From the NCBI RefSeq assembly GCF_006345805.1, contig NC_043011.1, forward strand, positions 2,294,001 to 2,358,000: a DNA stretch of 64,000 bases, in the 5' to 3' direction. The notes under the pieces were generated by a model, which had not been told where the DNA came from, made no database searches, and saw nothing but the letters and a program-made list of their open reading frames with translations. A program made the translations under genes and the position numbers. Of this stretch, positions 1-12,214 are shown one piece after another (the first letter of the stretch is position 1; each line of letters begins with the position of its first letter). Origin of the DNA: Octopus sinensis. Its lineage: Eukaryota.

Positions 1-17
1 CCGGGCAATACTGCTAG
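1..17 (+). mobile_element. 3' terminus of a Helitron (cut by the window edge)
   Basis: CCGGGCAATACTGCTAG|T: right half of a GC hairpin, then CTAG followed by T, the same architecture as the end at 34818. Confidence 0.5.
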
Positions 18-133
18 TTTTTAATAATCTGAAGATACAAGTTGTAGTGCATCCCTCTGTGTTCTGTGCAAGCTGCATTCCAAGTTGGCTTTATCCTTGC
101 AGAGAAATGAATGTTGTGTAAACTGTATTCAAC

Positions 134-205
134 CTGTCATATCGGAGCCAGATGTGTGCAACTCTCTATTGGCAAAATGACTATCTGCAGGTTTGCAGGA
201 ACAGT
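134..205 (-). CDS. Candidate host exon (D)CSCKPADSHFANRELHTSGSDMT
   Basis: Acceptor tacttctgtacag; one open frame; weak donor GTTGAA; protein not recognised. Confidence 0.25.
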
Positions 206-656
206 CTGTACAGAAGTACACTAGTGATTTACTACAAAGGTTCAAATGTAATATGAAAATTTTAACGTGGACAGGTTTCTTTTTTTTTTTATTTTTTGTT
301 GTCATAAAACTACAGACAGTCTAAGACAGCATGGCTTCAAAATTGCAAATTTGCACAAGAAAAATACCAAGAAACTCATCTGCTCACAAAATATTTCTGA
401 ATGAAAGCAAAAATTTTGATAATAGAGTTCCTTGAATTTGATTAATTTCTTCATATTCCTACGTGAAGAATAAAATGAAATAATGGTAAACTACATATTT
501 ATTCTTTCACTAATATTATGACTTGCTCTTCTGTACCATTCAAACCAGTGCTTTAACCTTTAGCTACCTAACTGGGGAAACAAAAATATGGTCTGTTTTA
601 TAGGAAAATTTTATTATTGTCAAGCTGGCAGAATCGTTACCACTCTAACCAAAATG

Positions 657-981
657 CTTACTCTTTTGCTTGTTTCAGTCATTTGACTGTGCCCATGCTG
701 GAGCACTGCCTTTAGTCGAGCAAATTGACCCCAGGACTTATTCTTTATAAGCCTAGTACTTATTCTATTGTTCTCTTTTGCCGAACCACTAAGTTATGTT
801 GGGGGGACAAACACATCACAAACACACATACATACACACACATACATACATACACACACACATTTATATATCTATTCAGTTTCCGTCTACCAAATCCACT
901 CACAAGGCCCTGCAGTGGGACTGAACCCGGAACCATGTGGTTCATAAGCAAGCTACTTACCACACAGCCACTCCTATGCCT
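657..981 (-). mobile_element. tRNA-derived SINE family A, internally deleted
   Basis: Matches the other A copies; lacks about 45 bp between CCACTCACAAGG and CAGTGGGACTG. Confidence 0.9.
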
Positions 982-2310
982 ACGCTTAGTGGCATTCAGT
1001 AGATCTTTATGTTCTGAGACAGATAGATAGATAGATAAAATACTGGGGGTCGATCTAATTGACTTATCTGCTGCCTGAAATTGCTGGCCTTGTGCCAAAA
1101 TTTGAAGCCAATATATATTTTGATTATATTTGTATTGCGAACTCTTTATGTAGATAGTATTGGTTACAATCATCAAGTTACGATAAAGCATGCTATAAAT
1201 GTTTGAACAGTTGGTTAGAATTATGAAAGAGTAGGTTACCAAGGTTTCGGATGTATAGACATCCTACAAAGTAATATCTGTATCATTTATATATTTTAAA
1301 TGAACAAGTGCATCTTCCAAATTCTAATACAGATTTTTACTATTTATTATTTTTTAACATTATTTTTTAAAAATTTACTTTACTAAAAACAATTTCAATT
1401 AATAATTTATTCCACTTCCTGGACAACGACTTAAGCAGATGAATAAATATTCCTTTTACAACTGAGGATGAATAATTGTCTAATGTTACTACATTATCCT
1501 AATGTAGGATTTTCAGATTGAACTAAACTTAAGATTTTACAAAATATTGGCAAAATCTAGTGAAGCATTTCTTTAATGTAATTGGCTTCATTGTAAAGTG
1601 AAGAGATTAACTTTCACATGGTTGATTCTTTGTTCTGTTGTAATTAAACTGGTCATCCAGAACTGATAATAGATCAACATCTTATTTTCACTTTGCTAAA
1701 TTGAAATGAATGCTATGTAAAGAGATTTTCAAGTTTCTTTCAGGTCTTTACCGGTGTAGGATGGGCTTAAGGTGAAAGTTTCATTGCTGCTTTTAATTCT
1801 GTTATTCATTTCAAGTGGCTGAGTAATTGGGAGAATATCACAACAGATGTTTGTTAAAAAAAAAAAAAAACGAAATTCTGTAAAGTGTTATTGCTAACTT
1901 TTTTAATTAATTAAAATATTGAACTCAAACATTGGTTTAACGACAAACACATTTTAAACAAATTAATAGAAATTAAATGAAAAGAAATTAATGATTGAAG
2001 TTTTTAACCTGTAACAGTAATTTCCTATTTTTGCTTTATTAATACTGACAGCTACGTTCACAACAATATTTTTCTCCCCTAATATTAAATGAAAACTCTT
2101 TTAGGCTAGAAAATATTAGGGACTAATATTCTAACCTTAATATTTTATATGCCACTTATCTATCCATAGATGATTAAAAAATAAAAACAATTGTTTCAAT
2201 TAAATCAAGTTTTTTTCTTCAAGTTGTTTTGTATATTGCCGTATGGAAGGATGATTTCCTGGCAAAAAATGTTTATAAAAGGAATAATGTTTAATTGATT
2301 TCTTACACCA

Positions 2311-2424
2311 GTTATTTGTTGGTGTAGGAGATTAAATCCTTTTGCTATATTAGTTGTAATCTGAAGAAAAATTTGGGGATACTTTCGCTTGCAAGCTCCG
2401 TGCCACACTTCTTTCACTGTAGGC
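2311..2424 (-). CDS. Candidate host exon PTVKEVWHGACKRKYPQIFLQITTNIAKGFNLLHQQITG
   Basis: Acceptor caacttctctctctag; open frame of complex composition; donor GGT|GTAAGA; protein not recognised; coordinates approximate. Confidence 0.35.
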
Positions 2425-3513
2425 TAGAGAGAGAAGTTGTATAGTTGATCGATTTACAAAAAATAACTGACAAATCTCACTCAAATCACGCTTTTCTGTA
2501 TTAAAAGCAGAAAAGACTTCCAGGATATATAGTACTAGATACACATAAAATGATGACAGATGGGATGCTTTTGATCATAGGTCTACTTGATTAAGTTTCA
2601 CTTTAGGTTAAACAACATTGTCTTCCTATAATGTTAATTGATCAGGAAGCTGTTATTTTTACCTTTCTATTTAACATCAAAACTTCACCTAGCATTCTAC
2701 TTAACACCTTTGTTCATGTCATCCACAATAAAGATAAAATGAGTATAACTACAGTGTTGTTTAAACTATGATCTCAGAATTAATTTAGGAGAACTTTCAT
2801 GTTATTATGAAAGTGTAAATTATTTTCACAACATCTAATCATTTAGCTGGTACCTCAACATCACAACTCTATGAAAACTAAAGTGACTGAGATTATTCAA
2901 CGACTTTATTCAAGTCATTTAGTTAACCCAAAATTGTTAATTAATTAGTTATTAGTTAATGCTTACAAGGGATGAAATTTTTTCAAAAGAACTTCATTAG
3001 AGGTCTGTAAGCATTACAAAGAGAAATTTGAGGAATGTTCACTTCAGTCTCATTGAATCCTCTTGTAATTGTTGACCACTTGATCTTTATGAACAATCAC
3101 ATCTAAACCTGTAAACAAAGGTTTTTTATTCTTTAGCGATTGTATTGGCTATTTCATTGCTCTAAAGCTATGCCAAGTACTGTTATCTGGCGGTTTTAGC
3201 CAATTAGTTCAACTTTAATATTTAGTATGATGGGCATTTTATCAAATGATTCAGTCCACTGGATTACGTGCACACACACACACTCACACACACACGTGCA
3301 CAAACACATTCACACATTCACAATACACGCAAACATACCCACACACATTTTATTAAAAAACAATCCAGTTTCAGCAATGATGGCTAAAGATAAATATATG
3401 ATTTTTTTCTATTCCTTAATTGATAGATTGCTTTATCTTTCATTTTGATTTAGTGAAATTCCATTTCAGTTTGTTTCACTTTTATAGAGAAAGAATACCA
3501 ATTGCCAAGTTAT

Positions 3514-3552
<39 letters not shown>

Positions 3553-3555
<3 letters not shown>

Positions 3556-3845
3556 TCATCATCATCGTTTAATGTCCGCTCACCATGCTAGCATGGGTTG
3601 GACAGTTCAACTGGGGTCTGGGAAGCCAGAAAGCTGCACCAGGCCCAGTCTGATCTGGGTGTGTTTCTACAGCTGGATGCCCTTCCTAATGCTAACCACT
3701 CCGTGAGTGTAGTGGGTGCTTTTTACGTGCCACCGGGACAGGTGCCAGACGAGGCTGGCAAATGGCCACAATCAGATGGTGCTTTTTTATGTGCCACTGG
3801 CACGGAGGCCAGACGAGTCTGGCAACGGCCACAATCGGATGGTGC
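3553..3845 (-). mobile_element. RTE 3'-UTR-derived repeat (family C)
   Basis: (TGA)n tail and body identical in type to the 3' end of the RTE LINE at 53150-54955. Confidence 0.85.
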
Positions 3846-4039
3846 TATATATATATAAGATTGTTCTTTATATCAAGTTTTGTTCCTGATATTAACTTTG
3901 ATGCGCACTCTTAACCTTTCTGTCCCATCCCTTTCTCAGCCTTCATTCTTTGATTTCCTTTTCCTCTACTTAACTTGTCTCTTCCTCTCTCTCATTCTTC
4001 ACTCTCTCTCTCTCTCTCCCTCTTCCTTCTTCATGGTTC

Positions 4040-4640
4040 CCTCGCAGCCATTCCCCCGCTTCTCTCCCTTTCTCTTGCTCCTCCTCCCCCCTCCCATTGT
4101 TGACCCACGACGTGACTTCCGCTGCTGTCTTTTTGACCTGGCCCTCTCAAGGTATGGACGACATTCTTTCTGCTCTGCTCGTCGTTCATAAAAAAATCCG
4201 TGTTCGCAATACTTTTTTTCGTTCGGCGTTAACAGCCCTTCTTATCTTGTTTTTCCTTGTCCTGTCTTTTACTGTTTATAATTTGTACTGTTGTTACCGT
4301 CCTGTTTTTGTTACCATTTTTTACCCCTCTGCGAAAAGATCTCAGAATTTTAATTGATTTGCTTTTCGCAGGAAGGAAAGTTTCTTGACGAAGATACGTC
4401 TCGCATTCACCTTCGAAACGTAGAGTAGATGAAACCATAGCGACTGAAGAAGGGGTTTTTTCTTTGTGTTAATTGTCCTGTACTCTATATTTTTGTTGTT
4501 TTTAGAAAAATGTCCAGTTCCTTGGTTTGTGTCTATGTTTTTCGTCTCTCTATGTGTTCGACGTCTTTTTGGTGTCCTGTACTCATATATGCGTGTATAT
4601 GTACATGTAGAGGTAGGTACGTACATATATGTTTATATAT
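4040..4640. promoter_or_regulatory. CpG-rich promoter-like island with ETS/CRE-like motif
   Basis: About 20 CpGs in 4040-4450 against a CpG-poor background; ACGTGACTTCCG at about 4110-4121; donor AAG|GTATGG at 4151/4152; acceptor ttgcttttcgcag at 4370. Confidence 0.5.
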
Positions 4641-4662
4641 ATGCATATGTTTATTTTATTTA

Positions 4663-4706
<44 letters not shown>

Positions 4707-5429
4707 TATACACATATATCATTATTTCATGGCATCCAACTTTCATTATACCCACATATCTCTATACATCCAGTGCCCCATTTTGATTTATTTAGACAAC
4801 CACCACCTCATACACAATGGTTGTTTTCTGTTTTGTATTGATGTTTTAGTCACTGCATACTAGATCACCGTCTAAAAAAGACCAGTTCCAGAGGTGAATG
4901 GAATTAAGAGGTAAACATATACTTTTTGGTTTTGGTTTGTGCCCTCTCATCCATGAAATTAGTTCTGGTTTTCTGCAAAGTGAGAGAGGAGAGACAGAGA
5001 GGAAGTGAGAGAGAGAGAGAGAGAGTGAGTGAGTGATGACTGAAACGAAGATGGCGTTCCTTTTTTGTTTTTAGATGTTTATCAGTATTTTCAGAGTAGA
5101 CTGATACATACATCAAAAGAAAAGTAGATACATACATACACACATTGTTAAATCAAAAGTGGGAGAGAGGAGAGACAGAAAGGAAGTGAGACAGAAAGAG
5201 AGACAATGAGTGGTGACTGAAAGGAAGGTGGCGTTCGTTTTGTGGGTTTTTAAATGTTTATCAATATTTGCAGAGTAGACTGATACATACATAGACACAT
5301 GGTTAAATCAAAGACAAATAACTGCAGCAAATATTGGTTGTCACTTTCACTTTTCATTATGACACAAGGATAAAATTAACGTGCAAGTGGCAGAGTACTC
5401 CACAGGCATGCATAGCATTAACGTAGTTC

Positions 5430-6242
5430 TCAGGGAGATTCAATGACAGGTGACTTAGACTTTTGGTGATATGCTGTGCTTGAGAAGACCCGGCAAGCCA
5501 AGTCAGATTGTAGCTGTAGCCGAAGTCAGTGCTGTAAAACTGGCCGATGCTAGTGCCACCTGACTGGCTCCCATGCTGGTGGCACGTAAAAAGCACTATT
5601 CGAGCATGGTTGGGACCAGTGCTGCCTGATTGGCTCCCATGCTGGTGGCACGTAAAAAGCACTATTCGAGCATGGTTGGGACCAGTGCTGCCTGATTGGC
5701 TCCCATGCTGGTGGCACGTAAAAAGCACTATTCGAGTGTGGTTGGGACCAGTGCTGCCTGATTGGCTCCCATGCTGGTGGCACGTTAAAAGCACTATTCG
5801 AGCATGGTTGGGACCAGTGCTGCCTGATTGGCTCCCATGCTGGTGGCACGTAAAAAGCACTATTCGAGTGTGGTTGGGACCAGTGCTGCCTGATTGGCTC
5901 CCATGCTGGTGGCACGTAAAAAGCACTATTCGAGCATGGTTGGGACCAGTGCTGCCTGATTGGCTCCCATGCTGGTGGCACGTAAAAAGCACTATTTGAG
6001 CATGGTTGGGACCAGTGCTTTCTGATTGGCTCCCATGCTGGTGACATGTAAAAAAACACCCACTACATGCTTGGAGTGGTTGGTGTTAGGAAGGACATCC
6101 AGCTGTAGAAACCTTGCCAGATCAGACTGGAGCCTGGTGCAGCCTCCTGACTTGCCAGTCCTCAGTCAAATGGTGCAGCCCATGCGAGCATGGAAAGCAG
6201 ATGTTAAACGACGACAATGATGATAATGATGATGATGATGAC
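5430..6242 (+). mobile_element. 5'-truncated RTE end (family C) with expanded 3'-UTR minisatellite
   Basis: Begins with TATGCTGTGCTTGAGAAGACCCGGCAAGCCAAG (ORF end, cf. 54400-54430); ends in (GAT)n. Confidence 0.85.
5552..6057 (+). repeat. 66-bp tandem array, 7 full units plus a partial unit
   Basis: Exact 66-nt period from 5552 to 6014; 22-aa repeats in the ORF track. Confidence 0.95.
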
Positions 6243-6841
6243 ATACACATCATACACACTCTCTCTCTCTCTCTCTCCCTCTCTCTCTCACACACACACA
6301 CATAACACACACAGTCCTTTTCCCTTGGAAACACTGGGTGCCACTGTTAGTATCTATATCTAAATGTATGCAGAATGTATAAAGGGTATTATTGTATGAA
6401 TACAGTTAAATATGTCATATGAATGAAATAATAAGGCTAGACAGTAGTCTCCTTTTTCATATAACTTCTCAATTGATGAGACATCACATGTCCAGATATG
6501 TTTATTAACATATGTCTGCTAAAAACAAAATCAGTGTTTCGAGATGACGAGCGTAAATATAATATCATTATGCATTTATTCCAGTAACTAGCTTGATTCT
6601 ATTTTCTTGTATCTGCTAATTTTACCTGTACTATATATATATATCATTGCACTAGACCTTTATTTATGTTGTCTCTGTTACTTTCTTTGTACAAGTTATT
6701 ATGTTTTTTATTATAAAACTGAGGCTTTTATTCCTATAGTTAATATACATATGTATAAGCACGTCATTTTATGGATCTTTATTGAGCACTTTTCATGAAA
6801 AATGCTTTGCTGAGGCTAGTTATTGTAATATACCATGGAGA

Positions 6842-7470
6842 ATACATACATACACACATGCATACATACATACATACATACATACATACAAACATACAAA
6901 CATACACACATACAAACATACATACATACATACATACATACATACATACATGCATACATACATACCCACATACATACATACATACATACATACATACATG
7001 CATGCATGCATGCATGCATACATACATACACACATACATACATACATACATACATACATACATGTATACACACATACATGCATACATGCATACATACATA
7101 CATACATGCATACATGCATACATACATACATACATATTACATACATGCATACATACATACATACATAATGCATACATACATACATGCATACATGCATACA
7201 TGCATACATACATGCATACATGCATACATGCATACATACATACATACATACATACATACATGCATACATACATACATACATACATACATACATACATACA
7301 TACATACATAATACATACATACATACATACATACATACATACATACATACATACATACATACATACATACATACATACATACATACATACATACATGCAT
7401 ACATACATACACAATACATACATGCATACATACATACATACATACATACATACATACATACATACATACA
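6842..7470 (+). repeat. About 630-bp (CATA)n microsatellite, followed by (AGAC/AGAT)n to about 7600
   Basis: Direct reading. Confidence 0.97.
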
Positions 7471-7524
7471 GGCAAACAGACACATAGATAAATAGGTAGT
7501 TAGATAGACAGATAGCTAGCTAGC

Positions 7525-7568
<44 letters not shown>

Positions 7569-8149
7569 TAGATAGATAGATAGATAGAAAGACAGATAGA
7601 TACCCACATGTAACTGTAGTTACCCACATGTATCTATAAGACTTTTCACACACCCTACCCCAGCAAACCAAATTACATCTCTTCTCTTCTTCACATTTCC
7701 CCATTTTTATGCACCATGCTTATGCTTATCTCTCACTCCCCAGTCTTGTCCTTCCCGCCCTCTCTATGTACCCAGGTTTCACCAGTCACTGCATTTCCCA
7801 CGCCCACACTCTTTGCATTCATGTTAGATCTCGATTCCCTACACATGCACCTTTGGCAATACCTTACCATCTATATTCCAATCACTGTTCCTTGTGAGTA
7901 TGCCCTGGTACTTTGCCATCATCTTTCCTGCTCTCTCTTGCGCTCTTCCACTCTCTCTCTCTCTCTCACTTTCTCTTGTTTTCTCCCTCTCTTTCTCTTG
8001 CTCTCTCTTTCTGACTGGCTAACCATGTATCTCTTGTACAGCAGCACACCTGTTTCTGTCTTTCTGTCACACTCTATCCTTTCATCATCAGGTACAAAAC
8101 CACCTCCTCCAATGTCCCCTTCCCTCTCCAAAGGATCTTTGTTTTATAA

Positions 8150-8428
8150 GTTACTTGGTAACCCTGCCAGTGTTAGTACCACATAAAAAGCATTCAGTAC
8201 ACACTGTAAAGTGGTTGGCATTTGGAAGGGCATCCAGCTGTAAAAACCATACCAAAACTGACCTCGCCTGTGCTGATGCCATTTAAAATGCATTAAATTC
8301 ACTCTGTAAAATGGTTGGTGTTAAGAAGGACATCCAGCCATAAAAACCACACCAAAACAAACAATGAAGCCGTCCAACCTATAACAGCATGGAAAGCAGA
8401 CGTTAAATGATGATGATGATGATGATGA

Positions 8429-8430
<2 letters not shown>
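8150..8430 (+). mobile_element. Diverged RTE 3'-UTR-type repeat with an internal duplication
   Basis: Two GAAGG(G/A)CATCCAGC blocks; tail GCATGGAAAGCAGACGTTAAA(TGA)n. Confidence 0.7.
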
Positions 8431-8465
<35 letters not shown>

Positions 8466-8468
<3 letters not shown>

Positions 8469-8648
8469 AGAGTTTACAAAAAAAACAACAAAAGACGAAG
8501 TCAAGTGGTGTACAAAACAAACAGATGTATTGGTATAACGCTCAGGAATAGAAAAAGTCTTTTACGTTTCAAGCCTACGCTCTTCTATAGAAAGGGACAC
8601 AGAAAACAAGGAGAGAAAAAAATGTGTGTAGTGGCTAACGATCTATCA
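8466..8648 (-). mobile_element. Short repeat embedded in (TA)n with a degenerate HHR-like motif (PLE pLTR-like)
   Basis: Flanked by (TA)n on both sides; minus strand CTTT-CTATAGA-A-GAGC-gtag-GCTT-GAAAC-GTA-AAAG at 8559-8594. Confidence 0.45.
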
Positions 8649-9104
8649 TATATATATATATATATATACTCACGTGCGTGTCTGTGTTTGTGTGTATTGG
8701 ATCTTCAACAGATTTTTAAGTGACACAATTTAGCTCATATCACTTCACTTTCTGATATTATGTACAAAATGTCCATTTCATGAGCAAATTATTACCCCTA
8801 CCACATTTCCTTTAATAACACTTGTCCATGTATTGGGACTTGAAGACCAACATGGTCACATCCCATGCAGTCTATTCAGCAGAAAATCTCTTGCAACATT
8901 ATGCACAAATAAGGCTCTTCTTGTTAAGCAATATGATGCAATTGCATTCTACCAATATCAATTTTTCAAAATAATAATTTTTTCCTATTGTCCTATTTGC
9001 TCCAGCAATCTTAACTAACTACACACCTGTATTTTGAACGGACATATACATCTTACCTCTCACTTATTCTCTTTATCTATTTACCTATATTGACTTGGTA
9101 TATA

Positions 9105-9335
9105 TTTCTTTACTACCTACAAGGGGCTAAACACAGGGGGGACAAACAAGGACAGACAAAGGGATAAAGTCGATTACATCGACCCCAGTGTGTAACTGGT
9201 ACTTAATTTATCGACCCCGAAAGGATTAAAGGCAAAGTCGACCTCGGCGGAATTTGAACTCGGAACGTAACAGCAGACGAAATAGCGCTAAGTATTTCGC
9301 CCGGCGTGCCAACGTTTCTGCCAGCTCTCCGCCTT
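9105..9335 (-). mobile_element. tRNA-derived SINE family E (Nin/Deu-like central domain)
   Basis: GAGTTCAAATTCC B-box-like head; GCCTTTAATCCTTTCGGGGTCGATAAATTAAGTACCAG core; copies at 22320 and 39755. Confidence 0.85.
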
Positions 9336-10322
9336 GACTTGGTATAGTTAGGATGATGACATACCTTTTTATTATGGCACCATTATATCTTTGGTATTCT
9401 GTTTGTAGGTATGTAATGATATATTTTATTACTCCTCATATATTGATGACATTACCTTTTATTCACCATTATTTTATCATTTCATTCTTTTATCTTCAGG
9501 TTCCTCATTGTTTCTAATTCTTTTCATTTTCTTTTGGCTTCTACATTTTTGGAAGCTTATACTGCATTAATACGGTTAAGAGGTCATTTTGGTACTTGCA
9601 CTGCAGAGCATGCCTGGTTTGCTTACCATTTTCTTTCTTTCATTCTTTTAAAGAATTCTCTTTGACTTTCCTTCTTTATTCTATTTTCCTCAAACTTTGG
9701 TTTGTGATATGTCTCAACTAGTCCGTTTATAACCTAGTAAATGGCCTTTCCATCTATTCCCTACTTTTTATTTCTCTTTCTTTCATTTCTCTATACTCTC
9801 TCTCTCTATCCCATTCCTTTTACTAACCTGTCTTTGTTTCTGATTTTATAGCCTTTTTTATTCTATCTAACTCAACATTACTAACCCACCTCTTCCTCTG
9901 TCTTTTTATTGGTAATTGTATCTTCTTTAATATACGGTATACTACTATAGATTTTGTATTTTGTCTCTCCTCTTTCTGATGAGAAAAGTCAGCTATGTGA
10001 TGTTTCCCACTTGAAAATATTAATGCATTGTATTTATGTGTTCATGTTTATGTGTTATGTGTTCATGACAATTTTTATTGTTTTTGATGTTTATTATTTC
10101 TGATGTTCCTGAATTTGAACGATGCATATTATATCAATCAGCTGCTGTAGCAGATTAAAGAATAATCAAGGAATATATGTTTCTTTGCCAAATATATATT
10201 TAAAAAAATTTTTTATCTAGTTCCAGCTCACGAGCTGTGGCCATGCTGGGGCACCGCCATATGTTTCATATTTTATAAATTAGTCAACGCCATATATATT
10301 TGCTTGTCAACCTTTTGTCTGA

Positions 10323-10382
<60 letters not shown>

Positions 10383-10697
10383 TTTCACACACATATACCT
10401 GCGTTTTCTAAAAAAATCACTCTTACTGGATTAGATCCATTCTTTCATTAAGTGAATTTGTCAAAAAAGTAATGAACAAAAGAATCATATATTTGACTGG
10501 CTAATATTCAATAGAAGAGAAATTAAGAAATTAAAAACCATCCTATCCTTATCATAGTGATATCACACTGCTTGGAACAGAGAATATTTTAAGGCAGATA
10601 GATAGCAAATAACAATACTCGACCATATAAGGGATGGGGGGGTATCTCAGCAGACCAGCTTAGGAATTGTATGTATTGGATCATGCTAGAATTGTAA

Positions 10698-10912
10698 TCA
10701 TCATCATCATTTAACGTCTGCTTTCCATGCTGGCATGGGTTGGACAGTTCAACTGGGGATATGGGCAGCCAGAAGGCTGCACCAGGCTCCAGTCTGATCT
10801 GGCAGTGTTTCTACGGCTGGATGCCCTTCCTAACTCCGTGAGTGTAGTGGGTGCTTTTTACGTGCCACCTGCACAGGTGCCAGGCGAGGCTGGCAAACGG
10901 CCACGGACGGAT
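10698..10912 (-). mobile_element. RTE 3'-UTR-derived repeat (family C)
   Basis: Same body and (TGA)n tail as other C copies. Confidence 0.85.
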
Positions 10913-11109
10913 GTGGTTCTAAAATGTAAGTACAGGAGGTGGTCAAACTCTGCATAAGGAGGAGACAACAATCATATATATATGTTCCTATCATGATCAG
11001 AGCAATTGGGACCATCTCAAAAAAGTTGTACTCTGGCATCAAAAACTGCAAATAAACTTCTTAGGATGTATTCAGATGGCAACAATACTTGGAACAACAC
11101 ATGTGTTAT

Positions 11110-11576
11110 GGTAAATGTTGCAACAATCGACATTTTGAAATGTTTGAGGGAACACATTCAGTGAAAGTGACCAGATTTCTGTGGCATGAAGAATTATATT
11201 CTTCACAATAGCAATGCCTTCTATCACCTAGCTGTCCACACTTATCTCACTAAAAGCAACATGGTATCACTTCTGTCCCTGCCCTATTCGCCAGATTTAG
11301 CACCTGCAGACTTCCATCTCTTCTTCGAGATGAAAATGCAGCTCAAAGGCCACAGTTTTAACACCATTGTCAAGAACCAGAGCAAATTGCAGAAGGTCCT
11401 TGACTTGCTTACAGAAAATGATTTCCAGGCCAGATTCCAAAAATAGCAAGAACGCTGGGACAAGTGTATTGCTGTGCAAGGTGACTCTTTTGAAGGAGAT
11501 GAGGTTAAAGTTCAGGTAAATAAGTTATTTTTTATTAAACCTAACTAATCCAGGGACTCTTTGATACCACCTTGTA
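11110..11576 (+). pseudogene. Mariner transposase C-terminal remnant with right TIR
   Basis: ILKCLREHIQ...ILHNSNA...PYSPDLAPADFHLF...WDKCIAVQGDSFEGD; end CTCTTTGATACCACCTTG-TA. Confidence 0.85.
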
Positions 11577-12105
11577 CATATACAGACAAATGCACACACA
11601 CAGATACATAAATACACACATATACATACATTTAGAATAATTAATTTTGACTGGAGATTTTACTTCTAGCACTTCCTCAGGAAACAACTGCAGTGAACAG
11701 TGGGTCTCTGAGACAACTGGAGTACACTAAAGATACTCAGGTACCAATTAGTCATGTTAACCTTGGTGACAAATTCAGTCTACCACTCCTATACCACCCT
11801 CAGCTGTTATTTTATCAACTCTGAAAGAATGAAAGGCAAAGTTGACCTTGGTAAGGTTTGAACTCAGAATGCTGAATAAATACTTTTAAACATTGGGCAT
11901 CTTTTAAACAAAACAAATGTATCATTGGACACACTTTTGAATCACAAACCCCTTTTCTGATAAAGGAGTTTTGAAGAAAACACATTTCACAAGCTAGTGA
12001 AGGCTTAATCATAAGTTGCAATATCAAATATAATGAAACTCCTGAGATATGGATAAGAACCAATGTTGAAAGTGCTGGCTATTGTTGAGTACACACATCA
12101 CTTAC

Positions 12106-12210
12106 ATTGTAGACTGCTCCTACCAGAATCAGAAGAGGATGTTGAAGTGAGATTATGAGATGATGATATATATGAGAACATACTTGTTATAATATCTATT
12201 GGATCACTCG
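12106..12210 (-). CDS. Candidate 105-nt phase-1 host exon SDPIDIITSMFSYISSSHNLTSTSSSDSGRSSLQ
   Basis: Open frame; donor T|GTAAGT; acceptor AG lies inside the TSD of the adjacent SINE, and the original pyrimidine tract is at 12611-12625. Confidence 0.45.
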
Positions 12211-12214
12211 CTAT

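Noticed and set aside
2967-3108. Internal coding exon bounded by good AG and GTAAGC
   Set aside because: Stops in all three frames; at best a terminal or UTR exon.
4097-4357. Type II membrane protein ORF MDDILSALL...
   Set aside because: The hydrophobic stretch comes from T-rich sequence lying between a donor and an acceptor, so it is more likely intron.
5552-6057. CRISPR-like array or 22-aa repeat protein
   Set aside because: Units are contiguous with no unique spacers, no cas genes are present, and the unit derives from an RTE 3'-UTR.
6779-7495. Long ORFs (up to 234 aa) on both strands
   Set aside because: Translations of a (CATA)n microsatellite; the same applies to ORFs at about 35.0, 44.2 and 61.6 kb.
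8800-9970. Degenerate coding-like minus-strand segment (ETYHKPKFEEN..., LFVHNVARD)
   Set aside because: Multiple stops and no motif I could assign with confidence; possibly an old LINE or PLE.
9975-10020. CTGATGAG...TTGAAA hammerhead
   Set aside because: No convincing stem I or stem III.
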